Part shown: positions 9,504 through 21,070 of the stretch, piece by piece
Layout: every line of letters begins with the position of its first letter
Numbering within the stretch: position 1 is the stretch's first letter
From: Malacoraja senta
Lineage: Eukaryota
Direction of reading: 5' to 3'
Assembly (NCBI GenBank): GCA_038087875.1
Contig: CM075992.1
Coordinates: 3,784,001-3,848,000 of the forward strand
Length of the DNA stretch: 64,000 nucleotides
Notes under the pieces: model-generated
What the model saw: the letters and a program-made list of their open reading frames with translations, nothing else
What the model was told of the DNA's origin: nothing
Database searches by the model: none
Made by a program: the position numbers and the translations under genes

Positions 9504-11120
9504 CAGTGGCTTGCAAAAGTTTTCATACCCCTTGAACTTTTCCACATTTTGTCACGTTACAACCACAAACGTAAATGTATTTTATTGGGATTTTATGTGA
9601 TAGACCAACACAAAGTGGTGCATAATTGTGAAGTGGAAGGAAAATGATACATGGTTTTCAAATTTTTTTACAAATAAAAAACTGAAAAGTGTGGCGTGCA
9701 AAAGTATTCAGCCCCCCTGAGTCAATACTTTGTAGAACCACCTTTCGCTGCAATTACAGCTGCAAGTCTTTTGGGGTATGTCTCTACCAGCTTTGCACAT
9801 CTAGAGACTGACATTTTTGCCCATTCTTCTTTGCAAAATAGTTCAAGCTCAGTCAGATTGGATGGAGAGCATCTGTGAACAGCAATTTTCAAGTCTTGCC
9901 AGAGATTCTCAATTGGATTTAGGTTTGGACTTTGACTGGGCCATTCTAACACATGAATATGCTTTGATCTAAACCATTCCATTGTAGCTCTGGCTGTATG
10001 TTTAGGGTCGTTGTCCTGCTGGAAGGTGAACCTCTGCCCCAGTCTCAAGTCTTTTGCAGACTCTAACAGGTTTTCTTCCAAGATTGCCCTGTATTTGGCT
10101 CCATCCATCTTCCCATCAACTCTGACCAGCTTCCCTGTCCCTGCTGAAGAAAAGCATCCCCACAGCATGATGCTGCCACCACCATGTTTCACAGTGGGGA
10201 TGGTGTGTTCAGGGTGATGTGCCGTGTTAGGTTTCCGCCACACATAGCGTTTTGCATTTAGTCCAAAAACTTCAATTTTGGTCTCATCTGACCAGAGCAC
10301 CTTCCTCCACATGTTTGCTGTGTCCCCCACATGGCTTGTGGCAAACTGCAAACGGGACTTCTTATGGCTTTTTTTCAACAATGGCTTTTTTCTTGCCACT
10401 CTTCCATAAAGGCCCGATTTGTGGAGTGCACGACTAATAGTTGTCCTGTGGACAGATTCTCCCACCTGAGCTGTGGATCTCTGCAGCTCCTCCAGAGTTA
10501 CCATGGGCCTCTTGGCTGCTTCTCTGATCAATGCTCTCCTTGCCCGGCCTGTCAGTTTAGGTGGACGGCCATGTCTTGGTAGGTTTGCAGTTGTGCCATA
10601 CTCTTTCCATTTTCAGATGATGGATTGAACAGTGCTCCGTGAGATGTTCAAAGCTTGGGATATTTGTTTATAACCTAACCCTGCTTTAAACTTCTCCACA
10701 ACTTTATCCCTGACCTGTCTGGTGTGTTCCTTGGGCTTCATGATGCTGTTTGTTCACTAATGTTCTCTAACAAACCTCTGAGGCCTTCACAGAACAGCTG
10801 TATTTATACTGAGATTAGATTACACACAAGTGGACTCTATTTACTAATTAGGTGACTTCTGAAGGCAATTGGTTGCACTGGATTTTATTTAGGGGTATCA
10901 GAGTAAAGGGGGCTGAATACTTTTGCACGCGACACTTTTCAGTTTTTTATTTGTGAAAAAATTTGAAAACCATGTATCATTTTCCTTCCACTTCACAATT
11001 ATGCGTCACTTTGTATTGGTCTATCACATAAAATCCCAATAAAATACATTTACGTTTGTGGTTGTAACGTGACAAAATGTGGAAAAGTTCAAGGGGTATG
11101 AATACTTTTGCAAGCCACTG
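9504..11120 (-). mobile_element. Full-length Tc1-family (IR/DR, DD34E) transposon, Passport-like
   Basis: TA flanks at 9502-9503 and 11121-11122. ~220-bp terminal inverted repeats CAGTGGCTTGCAAAAGT...ACTTTTGCAAGCCACTG. Length 1617 bp. Confidence 0.97.
9722..10741 (-). pseudogene. Tc1 transposase, 339 codons, with a single in-frame TGA at codon 43 (10613-10615)
   Basis: MKPKEHTRQVRDKVVEKFKAGLGYKQISQAL...SII*KWKEYG...GRPPKL...WSDETK...QQDNDPKH...SPNLNPIENLW...GGSTKY. No frameshift. Confidence 0.92.
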
Positions 11121-11574
11121 TATATCCCGCTGGAGACACAGAATGCTGGAGTAACTCAGCGGGACAGGCAGCATCTCTGGAGAGAAGGAATAGGTGACGT
11201 CTCGGGTCGAGACCCTTCTTTAGACCGATCCATATCCCTCTATTCCCTGCACTTCCCTGTGCCTATCCAAAAGAAAAGCAAGGGGTGTTCTCTTCTGTGT
11301 TGACCAATGGCCACAGTACAAGCATCACAATAGGCATACAGCATATTAATATTTGCACCACTGAGTACAGCCATTGTTTCAGCAATCTGTGCACCATTAT
11401 GTGTAGGAAGGAACTGCAGATGCTGGTTTACACCAAAGATAGACACAAAGTGCTGGAGTAACTCAACCGGTCAGGCAGCATCTCTGGAAAGGATGGGTGA
11501 TGTTTACCCATCCTTTGTTCAACAGAGGAAGAAGGGCTCCAACCTAAAATGTCGCCCATCCTTTTTCTCCAAAG

Positions 11575-12037
11575 ATGCCCAGGAGCGGAAAAGACTACAA
11601 AAAGTTGTAAACACTGCCCAGTCCATCATCGGCTCTGACCTCCCTTCCATCGAGGGGATCTATCGCAGTCGCTGCCTCAAAAAGGCTGGCAGCATCATCA
11701 AGGACCCACACCATCCTGGCCACACACTCATCTCCCCGCTACCTTCAGGTAGAAGGTACAGGAGCCTGAAGACTGCAACGACCAGGTTCAGGAATAGCTA
11801 CTTCCCCACAGCCATCAGGCTATTAAACTTAACTGAAACAAATCTCTGAACATTAATAGCCCATTATCTGTTTATTTGCACTTTATCTGCTTATTTATTA
11901 ATGTGTGTATATATCTATACAATGGTATATGGACACACTGATCTGTTCTGTATTCATGCCTACTATGTTCTGTTGTGCTGAAGCAAAGCAAGAATTTCAT
12001 TGTCCTATCTGGGACACATGACAATAAACTCTCTTGA
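11575..12037 (+). mobile_element. Rex1/Babar-type LINE 3' fragment
   Basis: Reads ERKRLQKVVNTAQSIIG..LPSI..IY..RCLKKA.SIIKDPHHPGH..LPSGRRYRS...FRNSYFPTAIRLLN. Ends GACAATAAACTCTCTTGA. Confidence 0.85.
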
Positions 12038-12228
12038 TGTTTTTAAGAAGGAACTGCAGATGCTGGAAAATCGAAGGTAGACAAAAGTGCTGGAGAAACT
12101 CAGCGGGTGCAGCAGCATCTACGGAGTGAAGGAAATAGGCAACGTTTCGGGCCAAAACGTTGCCTATTTCCTTCGCTCCATAGATGCTGCTGCGCCCGCT
12201 GAGTTTCTCCAGCATTTTTGTCTACCTT
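12038..12228. mobile_element. Fold-back Penelope-derived non-coding insertion
   Basis: 16-bp TSD CAATAAACTCTCTTGA (12022-12037, 12229-12244). Internal inverted arms. Confidence 0.8.
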
Positions 12229-13382
12229 CAATAAACTCTCTTGACTCTTGACTTGACCTGGTGAGTTACTCCAGCACTTTGTGTCCATCTTATTATAATG
12301 TGTCCACCATTATATTGCCTTATGAAGTAACTATCTCCCTCCCTCCGTCTCACACATACACACAAACAGCCAGCAATGAAGGCACAAGCCATTTAATCAA
12401 ACTTCACCAACAACTACTGTATACAAAGGCACTAGTGTACCACCGACTGTGCGTGGGTGGGCTGGTTAAATCCCGGTGAAGAGATAAAGAAAATCGACTC
12501 TTAAAGACATATAAATCCTTCAAAAGAGGTAAACTGTTAAAGCTAGTGAGATCAATCATCTTCTATTAACTTCCACTGACGTCAGATTTGGTCAAGAGCC
12601 ACGGTTCGCACCTTATATGCATTTTTTTTTTTTAGTTTGTACATCCCTTTCTTCTTCATCCATTGAAATAAAGTGGCTTTGACACATTCTTACAGTTAAA
12701 CGTTAAACCTATGCTTCTGACCACGAAGGCTTTCCTTCCAACTAACTCGACCGAGTTGTCGAGACCATTTTTAAAATCAACTTCCCGCAGTCTACAAAGT
12801 TTAAAAAAAAATAAAAAAATCAACAATTCCTATGAGTTTTTAATATTCCTTGTGGGAGAGACCACGTTCGGCATTTGGAGAGGCTTCTTCCGCTGGGGAT
12901 GGGTTGCAGAAAGCAAAGTGCATTAAGCTCCCAGTTCTTGGTTGGAGTTAGCGCTATCTATCTCCCATCAGCTCCTCTGAATTATTCCTGTCTTAGAAGC
13001 AGCTATATGATCGCTGAGGGACATCTACACAGATACTCAAAACCAGGGCACTTCCTTATATAACCGATAAAATCATGAGAGGGGGGGGGGGGGAGGAGGG
13101 GGGGGGGTGAATGCACAGAGGCGTCCACCAAGATTAGGGGAATCAAGAACCAAGGGACATGGTTTAAGGTGAGAGAGGGGTAGGAGTAAGGTTTATTAGG
13201 AACTTGAGGGGCAACTTTTTCCACACAGAGGGTGGTGGGTGCATGGAGCGAGCTGCAAGAGGAGGTAGTTGAGGCAGATATTATAACAGCATTTCAAAGA
13301 CACTTGGGCGAGAACATATATGAAAGGTTTAGAGGGATATGGGCAAAACAGGGGTTCAATTAGATGTGAGCATGTTAGCATT

Positions 13383-13670
13383 CTACAATCAAAAGCCCAC
13401 ACACTGACACTATACCCTGAGGAGTGCCTTCCATTGGGAGGGAGAGAGACATGGCCAGTCTGGGTCTGCCTCAACCACCTCAGAACACGGGTCGGACGGT
13501 GCAAAGCCCTCATGCAGAAGTGGGGGTACAAGAACAATGGGCCAACCCAATGTGACCCCGGGGAGGCAACCCAAACTGTGGAGCACTTACTTACCTGCCC
13601 CCTCCTCCCAGACCCCTGCAACCTGCCAGAGCGCCTGTGTTATGCGGTGGCTTGGAACACGACAAGAAGA
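13383..13670 (+). mobile_element. 3' fragment of an Ingi/Vingi-like (or RTE-X-like) non-LTR retrotransposon
   Basis: Reads LPLGGRETWPVWVCLNHLRTRVGRCKALMQKWGY...CDPGEATQTVEHLLTCP (C-terminal CCHC-type zinc knuckle). Ends ACACGACAAGAAGA. TSD TGTTAG(C/T)ATT at 13373-13382 and 13671-13680. Confidence 0.7.
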
Positions 13671-14499
13671 TGTTAGTATTGGTCAGCATGGGCTTGAGGG
13701 GCCGAAGGCCCGTTTCAGTGCTGTGGGATGGGGCTGAAGCAAGTGGTTGTGGTTTTTTGAACACTGCTCCCTGGCAGTGGGGATGGGGTGAGGGTCCCAG
13801 TGGGAGACAATCCCCTCGCACATGGTGCTGCACCATCCCCTGGACCAGAGGGAGAGGAACCTTGTCTGTGAGCAATGGGTTGCACTGATCGGCAGGGACA
13901 GGCAGGAGTAGGGGCTGTGAAAGCGTTGGGGCTGGACTGGAGGGTGGTGACAGCAACGAGAGATTGGACAGACTTGGAATAACAAGGAACTGCAGATGCT
14001 GGTTTATACCAAGTAGAGACAGAGAAAAATGCTGGAGTAACTCAGCAGGGTCGGGCAGCATCTGTGGAGAACATGGTTTGGTGACGGCTTCGGGTCGGGA
14101 CCCTTCTTCAAATCCAAAACATCACCTATTCCTTTCCCCAGAGACGCTGCCTGTCCTGCTGAGTTACTCCAACATTTGTGTCTATCCAGCATCTGCAGTT
14201 CCTTCCTACATGTCCCCGCATTATCCCTCACAGTTCCTCCTCCAAGCACTGACTCTGAGCTGGGGGGGGGGGGGGCTTTCTCGGTGTTCGGCAGGCAGTA
14301 AACGGGCTAACGGTGCGGAACATCACGGGTGGAGCCGGCAATCCCGGGCTAATCTTCCCGGCAACACCTGCGTTCCCCACACAGGCAAGGCCGGTGAATG
14401 GATGGAGTTGGAGGGAGACACTCCTTCCCACGGTGGTCCCGGGCTGTCTGATGTAGTCTACAGCATCGTGTAGAGCCCGCCAGAACCGCAGTGGAATAG

Positions 14500-15330
14500 C
14501 ACACTCACACACTCACACACTCTCGCTCACACTCACACTCACACTCACTCTCTCTCACACTCACTCTCACACACACACTCACACTCTCGCTCACACTCTC
14601 GCTCACACTCTCGCTCACACACTCTCACTCACACTCTCACACTCACTCACACTCACTCTCACACTCACTCTCACACACACACTCACACTCGCTCACACTC
14701 TCGCTCACACACTCTCGCTCACACTCTCACTCTCACTCACACACTCGCTCACACTCTCGCTCACACTCTCACTCACACTCTCACTCTCACACACACTCAC
14801 TCTCACACTCACTCTCACACTCACACTCACACTCACTCACACACACTCACACTCTCGCTCACACTCTCGCTCACACTCTCGCTCACACACTCTCACTCAC
14901 ACTCACTCTCACACTCTCACTCTCACTCACACTCACTCTCACACTCACTCCCACACACACACTCACACTCACTCTCTCACACACTCACTCACACACTCTC
15001 ACATTCACTCACTCACACACACATTCACTCACTCACACACAAACACACTCTCATATACTCACTCACACTCACACTCACTCTCATACCCATTCACTGTCAC
15101 ACACACCCCACTCACTCACATATGCTCTCACACACACTCACTCTCATACACACTCACTCACTCACTCAGTCACTCACACATGCTCTCACATGCACTCACA
15201 CAAATTCACTCAATCACACACAAACGCTCACACTCACACACAAACATGCTCACAGAAACCTGCACACACACACACAGAAGCCTGGCACACACTCACAGAA
15301 CCTCCCCCCCCACACACACACACACACCAC
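14500..15330. repeat. Compound CA/CT/CTCG micro- and minisatellite
   Basis: Continuous ACACTC/CTCGCTC-type units. Confidence 0.95.
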
Positions 15331-15836
15331 GTGGAGAGACAGGGAACTGGCAGCAGCATCACTGTACACCGAGGGGGGATAAATAGGGGAAACACAAGGG
15401 GAGGCGTAACCGAGACGGACGGTGGGTGGGGGGGGAGGGGGAGCAGGGAGGTGGGTAGCCAGCATGGCCGCAGGGAGGTTCAGCGACAGTTTCCCTCCTG
15501 TGCACACAGTCCCAGAGTGGAGACCGCAGCTCCAGCTCCAATTCCTTATCATCGGTCGGGATCCTGTTTCCCAGTCGGACCCGTGGGATTCCCACTCAGT
15601 GGCACGTTGCCTCCAGTATCCTGACATTCGATCCATCTCTGCCAATACTAGCCCCCACTGTGCGTTGGAGGCATGGTCCCACCTCGTTCCGCAGCTACTC
15701 AGACACACCTCAGAGGCCTGCCAGATGGTGGTTCAGTCCAGAGATTCTCTTCCTCTCCCCTGTTTAGTTTGTATTCCCTCACCTTTCGTTCCCTGCGACA
15801 TGTATTTAATTTGTTAATTTTGCCCGATTTGGCTTC

Positions 15837-16000
15837 CTAATCTAAAGATGGGTAATTCCCGGCCAGAATCATCTCGTGAACCTTCCTGTCTAACGGGATG
15901 TACTTGGACAGTTTAGAGTCGAGGAAGAAGAGCTTGTCTTGTGTTTGATGTGGGTCAAAGCCCTGCTTACGTAGCCTGGTCTTCTGGAATTTGAAAGTAC
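15837..16000 (-). CDS. SLC27A1: Long-chain fatty acid transport protein 1, last coding exon
   Basis: Acceptor TTGTTCCAG|. Encodes TFKFQKTRLRKQGFDPHQTQDKLFFLDSKLSKYIPLDRKVHEMILAGNYPSLD*, matching the FATP C-terminus. Stop TAG at 15837-15839. Confidence 0.9.
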
Positions 16001-16085
16001 CTGGAACAACAGAGAGATCCCAGTTATGGTGGAGTCACCTTCAGTCTCCGGATATGCTTCACACTCCCGGCCTCTGTGGAATTTA

Positions 16086-18817
16086 ACCCCTGTCCCACGG
16101 TACGAGTTCATTCGAAGAGCTCTCTTCGAGTTTGCCCCGATTCGAACTCGGAGATTTACGGTAATGGCCGCTCGTCGGTACTCGGGGCTCTCGTGGGACA
16201 TTTTTCAACGTGTTGAAAAATCTTCACGAGTCTTCCCGTGCTTACCTGCTGTTAGCGAGTCTTCCCGAGTACCTGCCGTTAGCGTTACGAGCCGCTAAGA
16301 GACGTCCCCGAGCTCCGACGTACCCGCTACGTTCATTCTCGACCTCCATCCATGCCTCTTCCCCCTCTCGGATCATAAGCTCATACGGTTCACCATCCCT
16401 TCTCCGACACCTCGCCCCCTCTTCCTCCGAGAAATCACCTTCCGTAATCTAAAATCTATCGATCCTCACCATCTCTCTGACCTGCTCTCCACCACTCTCC
16501 CCCTGGACTCAACCCACATCTCACCTGATGATCTCACAAACCATCTCAATTCCACCTTGTCTACCTCCCTTAACACTCTGGCCCCCTCAAAACAAGAACT
16601 GTAACTTTTAATAAATCTTCACCCTGGTACACACCTGCACTTCGTAAGCTGAAACAGACTGGTCGCCGACTTGAACGACTCATAAAGAAATCACCTCTCA
16701 CAGTCCACCATGGAAGCTTACAAACTCCACCTCACTGCCTACAAAGATGCCCTCATTGCTGCTAAATCTGCCTACCTGTCCTCCATACTCACTTGACCCT
16801 GCCTAAACCACAGAACCCTCTTCTCCACAGTCTGCAACCTCCTCAGCCTCGAGCCATCACTCTCCCTACCTCCACTCCGGATCTCTGCAACTCATTCCTC
16901 CACTTTTTGCTGATAAAATTAGCACCATCTATCAATCCCTATCCCCTGTACCCGACTCCCCAGCATCTACTCCACCACCTACCAAGGCCCCTCCTTTCAA
17001 CATCTCCGCTGATCTCCATACCCCTCCCCCTCACTGTTTCCTCTCCCAGTTTGACCCGGTCACCCCTACTGAAATCTCCAAACTCATCAGCTCTTCCAAA
17101 CCCACTACCTGCTCCCTTGACCCTCTCCCCACTCCCCTGCTGAAGTCCTGCCTCCCTGCTCTCTGCCCCTACCTCACTAATCTTTTCAACTCCTCATTAT
17201 CCCAAGGAATTGTCCCCTCTGCTTCAAAACTGCTGCTGTCACACCAATCTTAAAGAACCTGGTCTTGATCCCTCCTCTCTCATTAACTACCGCCCTATCT
17301 CAAACCTCCCTTTCTTTCAAAAACCCTGGAGCGTATCGTCGCGTCACAACTTCATTCCCACCTCCTCGCGTATAACCTATTCGAACCCCCTCCAATCTGG
17401 CTTTCGCCCCCTCCATAGCCACAGAAACTGCTCTCCTCAAAGTCCTCAACGACCTCCTCACCTCTGCTGACTCTGGCTCCCTCAATATCCTCATCCTCCT
17501 CGACCTGAGTGCAGCCTTCGATACCGTCAACCACAACATCCTGCTCACCAGACTTAGGGACCTTGGCATTGAAGGTTCTGCACTCAGCTGGTTTCCGTTC
17601 TTACCTTTCCAACCGATCCCACTTCATCTCTCTCCATAACCACACCTCTGCCACAGCCACTGTCACTTCAAGGCGTTCCCCAAGGCTCCGTTCTTGGTCC
17701 CCTCCTCTTCATCATCTACATCCTCCCCCTTGGTCATATACTCCGTCACTTCAACCTGGACTTCCACTGCTATGCTGATGACACCCAGATCTATCTCAGC
17801 ACCAAGTCCCCACCACCCCCTCTCTCCATATCAACTCCTGCCTGTCAGCCATCAAATCTTGGATGCAACTCAACTTCCTTAAATTAAACAGTAGCAAAAC
17901 AGAATTTCTCCTCATTGGCTCCAAATCAACACTCACTAAAATTAACAACCCCACTCTCACTATCGACGGCACCACTGTCTCCCCATCTCCTCAGGCACGC
18001 AACCTTGGCGTGATCCTTGACTCAACCCTCTCCCTTGAGCCTCACATCCGCCATGTTGTCAAAACATCATTTTTCACCTCCGCAACATTGCAAAAATCAG
18101 ATCGTCTCTCACACCCCCGCTGCTGGAAAGACTCATCCATGCCTTCATCTCCTCCCGACTGGACTACTGTAACTCTCTTCTTTTCGGAATCAATTCCAGC
18201 AGCATCAAACGACTCCAACTGTCCAGAATGCAGCCGCCCGACTCATCACCCACACCAAATCCTGGCACCACATCACCCCAGTTCTCAAAGAACTTCACTG
18301 GCTTCCCATTTCCCACCGGATCACCTACAAAATCCTGGTCCTCACCTACAAAGCCCTCAACAACCTGGCCCCCCCTTATCTCATTGACCTCCTCTCCCCC
18401 TACCAACCCTCACGGTCCCTCAGATCCACATCAGCTGGTCTCCTCTCCACTCCGAAATCAACCTCTGCACTTTTGGAGGCAGAGCCTTCTCCAGGGCAGC
18501 TCCCAGGCTCTGGAATTCCCTCCCACAACCGGTCCGAAATTCTGAGTCCCTCACCATCTTCCAGTCCCGCCTCAAGACCCATCTCTTCACCTCTGCATAC
18601 CCTTAGTCCCATGTTCCCCCCCCCCTCTGTCTTACTGCTCTATTTTGTTTTGTTTATTCCTGACTCTCAATTGTAAAGCGACTTTGAGTCCTGAAAAGCG
18701 CTATATAAATAAAATCTATTATTATTATTATTATTATTCTCCGTGCTTACCACGAGTTTGATTTCTTTTAAAACTCTGGAGAGCTCTTGGAATGAACTCG
18801 TACCGTGGGACAGGGCT
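16086..18817. mobile_element. Harbinger-type MITE split by an L2 LINE insertion (in the last SLC27A1 intron)
   Basis: TIRs (A)CCCCTGTCCCACGGTACGAGTTCATTC ... GAATGAACTCGTACCGTGGGACAGGGCT. Confidence 0.8.
16341..18735 (+). mobile_element. L2-clade LINE, 5'-truncated and frameshifted RT
   Basis: Motifs NYRPISNLPF, QSGFRP, LLDLSAAFDTV, YADDTQ and [13 protein letters not shown] lie across several frames. (TTA)n tail. TSD ATTCTC. Confidence 0.9.
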
Positions 18818-18821
18818 ATTA

Positions 18822-19400
18822 GGTTTAGTTCAGTTTATTGTCACGTGTACCGAGGAACAGTGAAAAGCTTTTGTTGCGTGCTAACCAGTCAGCGGAAAGA
18901 CAATCCATGATTACAATCGAGCCATTTACAGTGTATAGATACATGATAAGGGAATAACATTTAGTACAAGGTCAAGTCAGATCAAGGATAGTCCGAGGGT
19001 CACCAATGAGGTAGATAGTAGTTCAGCACTGCTCTCTGGTTGTGGTAGGATGATTCAGTTGCCTGATAACAGCTGGGAAGAAACTGTCCCTGAATCTGGA
19101 GGTGTGCGTTTTCACACTTCTGTACCTTTTGCCCGATGGGAGGGGGGAGAAGAGGGAGTGGCCGGGGTGCGACTGGTCCTTGATTATGCTGCTGGCCTTG
19201 CCGAGGCAACGTGAGGCGTAGATGGAGTCGATAGAAGGGAGGTTGGTTTGTGCGATGGGTCTGGGCTGCATCCACAATTCACTGCAATTTTTTGCGGTCT
19301 TGGATGGAGCTGTTCCCAAACCGTGCTGTGATGCATCCTGGTAAAACGGTTCTATGGTGCATCTGTAGAAGATGGTGAGGACATGCCGACCTTCCTAAGC
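18822..19400 (-). mobile_element. Rex1/Babar-type LINE 3' fragment
   Basis: Reads LPSIDSIYASRCLGKASSIIKDQSHPGHSLFSPLPSGKRYRS...FRDSFFPAVIRQLN. Confidence 0.85.
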
Positions 19401-20169
19401 CTACCTCTGGAAGAGTTAGATATAGCTGTTGGGGCTAATGGAATCAAGGGATATGGGGAGAATGCAGGAACGGGTACTGATATTGGATAATCAGCCATGA
19501 TCATATGAATGGCGGTGGTGGCTCGAAGGTTTGAATGGTCTACTCCTGCACCTATTTTCTATGTTTCCATGGAAGCACGCACTTCCGTGCTATTGGGAAA
19601 AGGCTTCCCCGGAATAACCATTGCATAGGCAAGGAGGCAAAACACTGTGGCAATGCTGCTGTGACAATGATAAAACACTGAGCCAGAATCAGCGACTGTT
19701 TCTTCCCAGCTGTTACCCGGCAACCGACCCAACCCATCATCAACTGGAGAGCTGTCCTGACATATTATCTACCTCATTCGAGACCCTCAGCCTATCGTTA
19801 AACTCAACTGAAACAAATCTCTGAACATTAATAGCCCATTATCTGTTTATTTGCACTTTATCAGTTTATTTATTCATGTGTGTGTATATATATTTATATA
19901 ATGGTATATGGACACACTGATCTGTTCTGTATTCATGCCTACTATGTTCTGTTGTGCTGAAGCAAAGCAAGAATTTCATTATCCTATCAGGGACACATGA
20001 CAATAAACTCTCTTGAACTTGAACAAACTTGGAAAACGCCAGGTCTTGCCTTGGTTTTACTCCTGGCCATAAAGGCCCATTGCAGTCATCACCTCACTTG
20101 GTGGACATTAATCCCCCCCCCCCCCCCCACCCCCCACAGAAGGGGCCACCATCGACCAGGGTCACGTAC

Positions 20170-20314
20170 TTGTGGTGTCGACGACAGGCAGGATACGGAG
20201 GAAGACAGGCCTGGCGTAGGAGGCAGCACCGCCGTCAGCTCCTGGTACAGGTGCCCGGGTTTACCTTGTCGTGGGGGTCGGCAATGGCCGCCATGCCGGC
20301 CTTCCCTTCCACAC
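20170..20314 (-). CDS. SLC27A1: FATP1 penultimate coding exon (145 bp, two apparent 1-bp deletions)
   Basis: Acceptor CCGCCAG|, donor |GTACGT. Reads VEGKAGMAAIADPHDKVNP / HLYQELTAVLP / YARPVFLRILPVVDTT across two frame shifts. The homologous segment needs 147 bp. Confidence 0.85.
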
Positions 20315-20608
20315 CTGGCGGGAGAACAGAACAGGAGAGACAAAGTCAAAACCAGGGGTAACTGGAGACCAGGGAAAGGACAGGAGATAGACACAAGATG
20401 CTGGAGTGACTCAGGCAGCATCTCTGGAGAGAAGGAACGGGTGACGTTTCGGGTCGAGACCTTTCTTCAGACCGATGTCAGGGAAGAGGGAGATACATAG
20501 ATAAGGAAGTGTGAGGTGTGAAAACAGGACAAAGGGGATGGAGATCAAGGAAAATGTAGAATAGATCATTGTTAGCTGGTGACAACAAAGATAAAATGTC
20601 CTGCCTAC

Positions 20609-20773
20609 CTGGCACTTGCACCCCGTAGACAGCCACGTCGGTGAGGTTGAGGACGTGGCTCAGGGTCCCCTCCACCTCCGTAGTGGAGACGTTCTCTCCC
20701 CGCCACCGGAACGTGTCCCCGCTTCTGTCCCTGAAGTACATGTAGCCCAGCTCATCCATCACCAGGACATCAC
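20609..20773 (-). CDS. SLC27A1: FATP1 internal exon with the FATP signature (165 bp, intact)
   Basis: Acceptor TTTTGCAG|, donor |GTAGGC. Encodes [65 protein letters not shown] and RWRG are FATP1-like rather than FATP4-like. Confidence 0.93.
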
Positions 20774-20801
20774 CTGCAAAACAGGAGTTTGGTTTAGTGT
20801 C

Positions 20802-20935
20802 GGGGTGGGAGATTGCAACCTTCACTGTTTCGACGAATGCAATCAACCCAGCGTGCACAATCAAGTAAGATCAAATACAACAAGTTGTCCTGCAAGTTTA
20901 GGCTGTGCACGCCATACGCAAGAAGAAGCAGAAGA
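20802..20935 (+). mobile_element. Family A HDV-headed short retroelement with an 11-nt deletion in the ribozyme
   Basis: GGGGTGG GA GATTGCA ACC TTCAC[del]TGTTTCGACGAA TGCAATC ... GCCATACGCAAGAAGAAGCAGAAGA. Imperfect TSD TAGTGT(C/T). Confidence 0.75.
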
Positions 20936-21070
20936 CTAGTGTTGTTTAGTTATTGCTGTTTCCTCGCATCTCCTAGTTAGTTCCAGCTGCAGGCAAGGGG
21001 AAGGTGATGGATTCCCAACTGATACATTAACTCTGTAGGGTCTGGAGTTGAAATAGCACCCATCCCTTTG

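Noticed and set aside
20478..20864. 128-aa ORF as a stand-alone gene
   Set aside because: Only 20609-20773 is exon. The flanks are intron, including the family A element and a Penelope repeat.
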